NCBI GenBank assembly: GCA_044892525.1
Contig: CM097885.1
Coordinates: 26,724,001 to 26,788,000 of the forward strand
Direction of reading: 5' to 3'
Source: Schmidtea polychroa
Taxonomy: Eukaryota
DNA length: 64,000 nt
Each line of letters begins with the position of its first letter. Positions within the stretch are counted from its first letter, which is position 1. Positions 63,986 through 64,000 of the stretch are shown in pieces. A model generated the notes under the pieces. That model was not told where the DNA came from, searched no databases, and saw only the letters and a list, made by a program, of their open reading frames with translations. The translations under genes were made by a program, and so were the position numbers.

Positions 63986-64000
63986 TTGCAATGTGAAGTG

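Overview
AT-rich, repeat-dense eukaryotic genomic DNA, almost certainly animal (it holds an ETS-domain gene with the conserved SRxxR^YYY intron). I cannot name the species. Host genes: two intronless ATE1 (arginyl-tRNA--protein transferase) paralogues, an intronless double-RING protein and an ELF/ESE-like ETS factor. The rest is nested mobile DNA: a hAT element with TIRs and 8-bp TSD, a MULE with 9-bp TSD carrying a Tc1/IS630-type insertion, piggyBac- and TA-type MITEs, solo LTRs, Gypsy/Bel-Pao/pogo fragments, decayed Maverick/Polinton pieces (pPolB, minor capsid, core protein) and satellites. The most unusual signal is a dispersed element I cannot assign to a known family. It has a GC-rich exon encoding a small coiled-coil/basic protein (4 clear copies plus 1 distant), followed by a ~230-nt multi-domain structured RNA (about 10 full or partial copies) with compensatory base changes, near-invariant loop motifs and a fairly sharp 3' end. 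Second, the ATE1 pair is mosaic: nearly identical except at conserved functional motifs, where one copy has diverged. All alignments and pairings were made by eye, with no database search or folding program.
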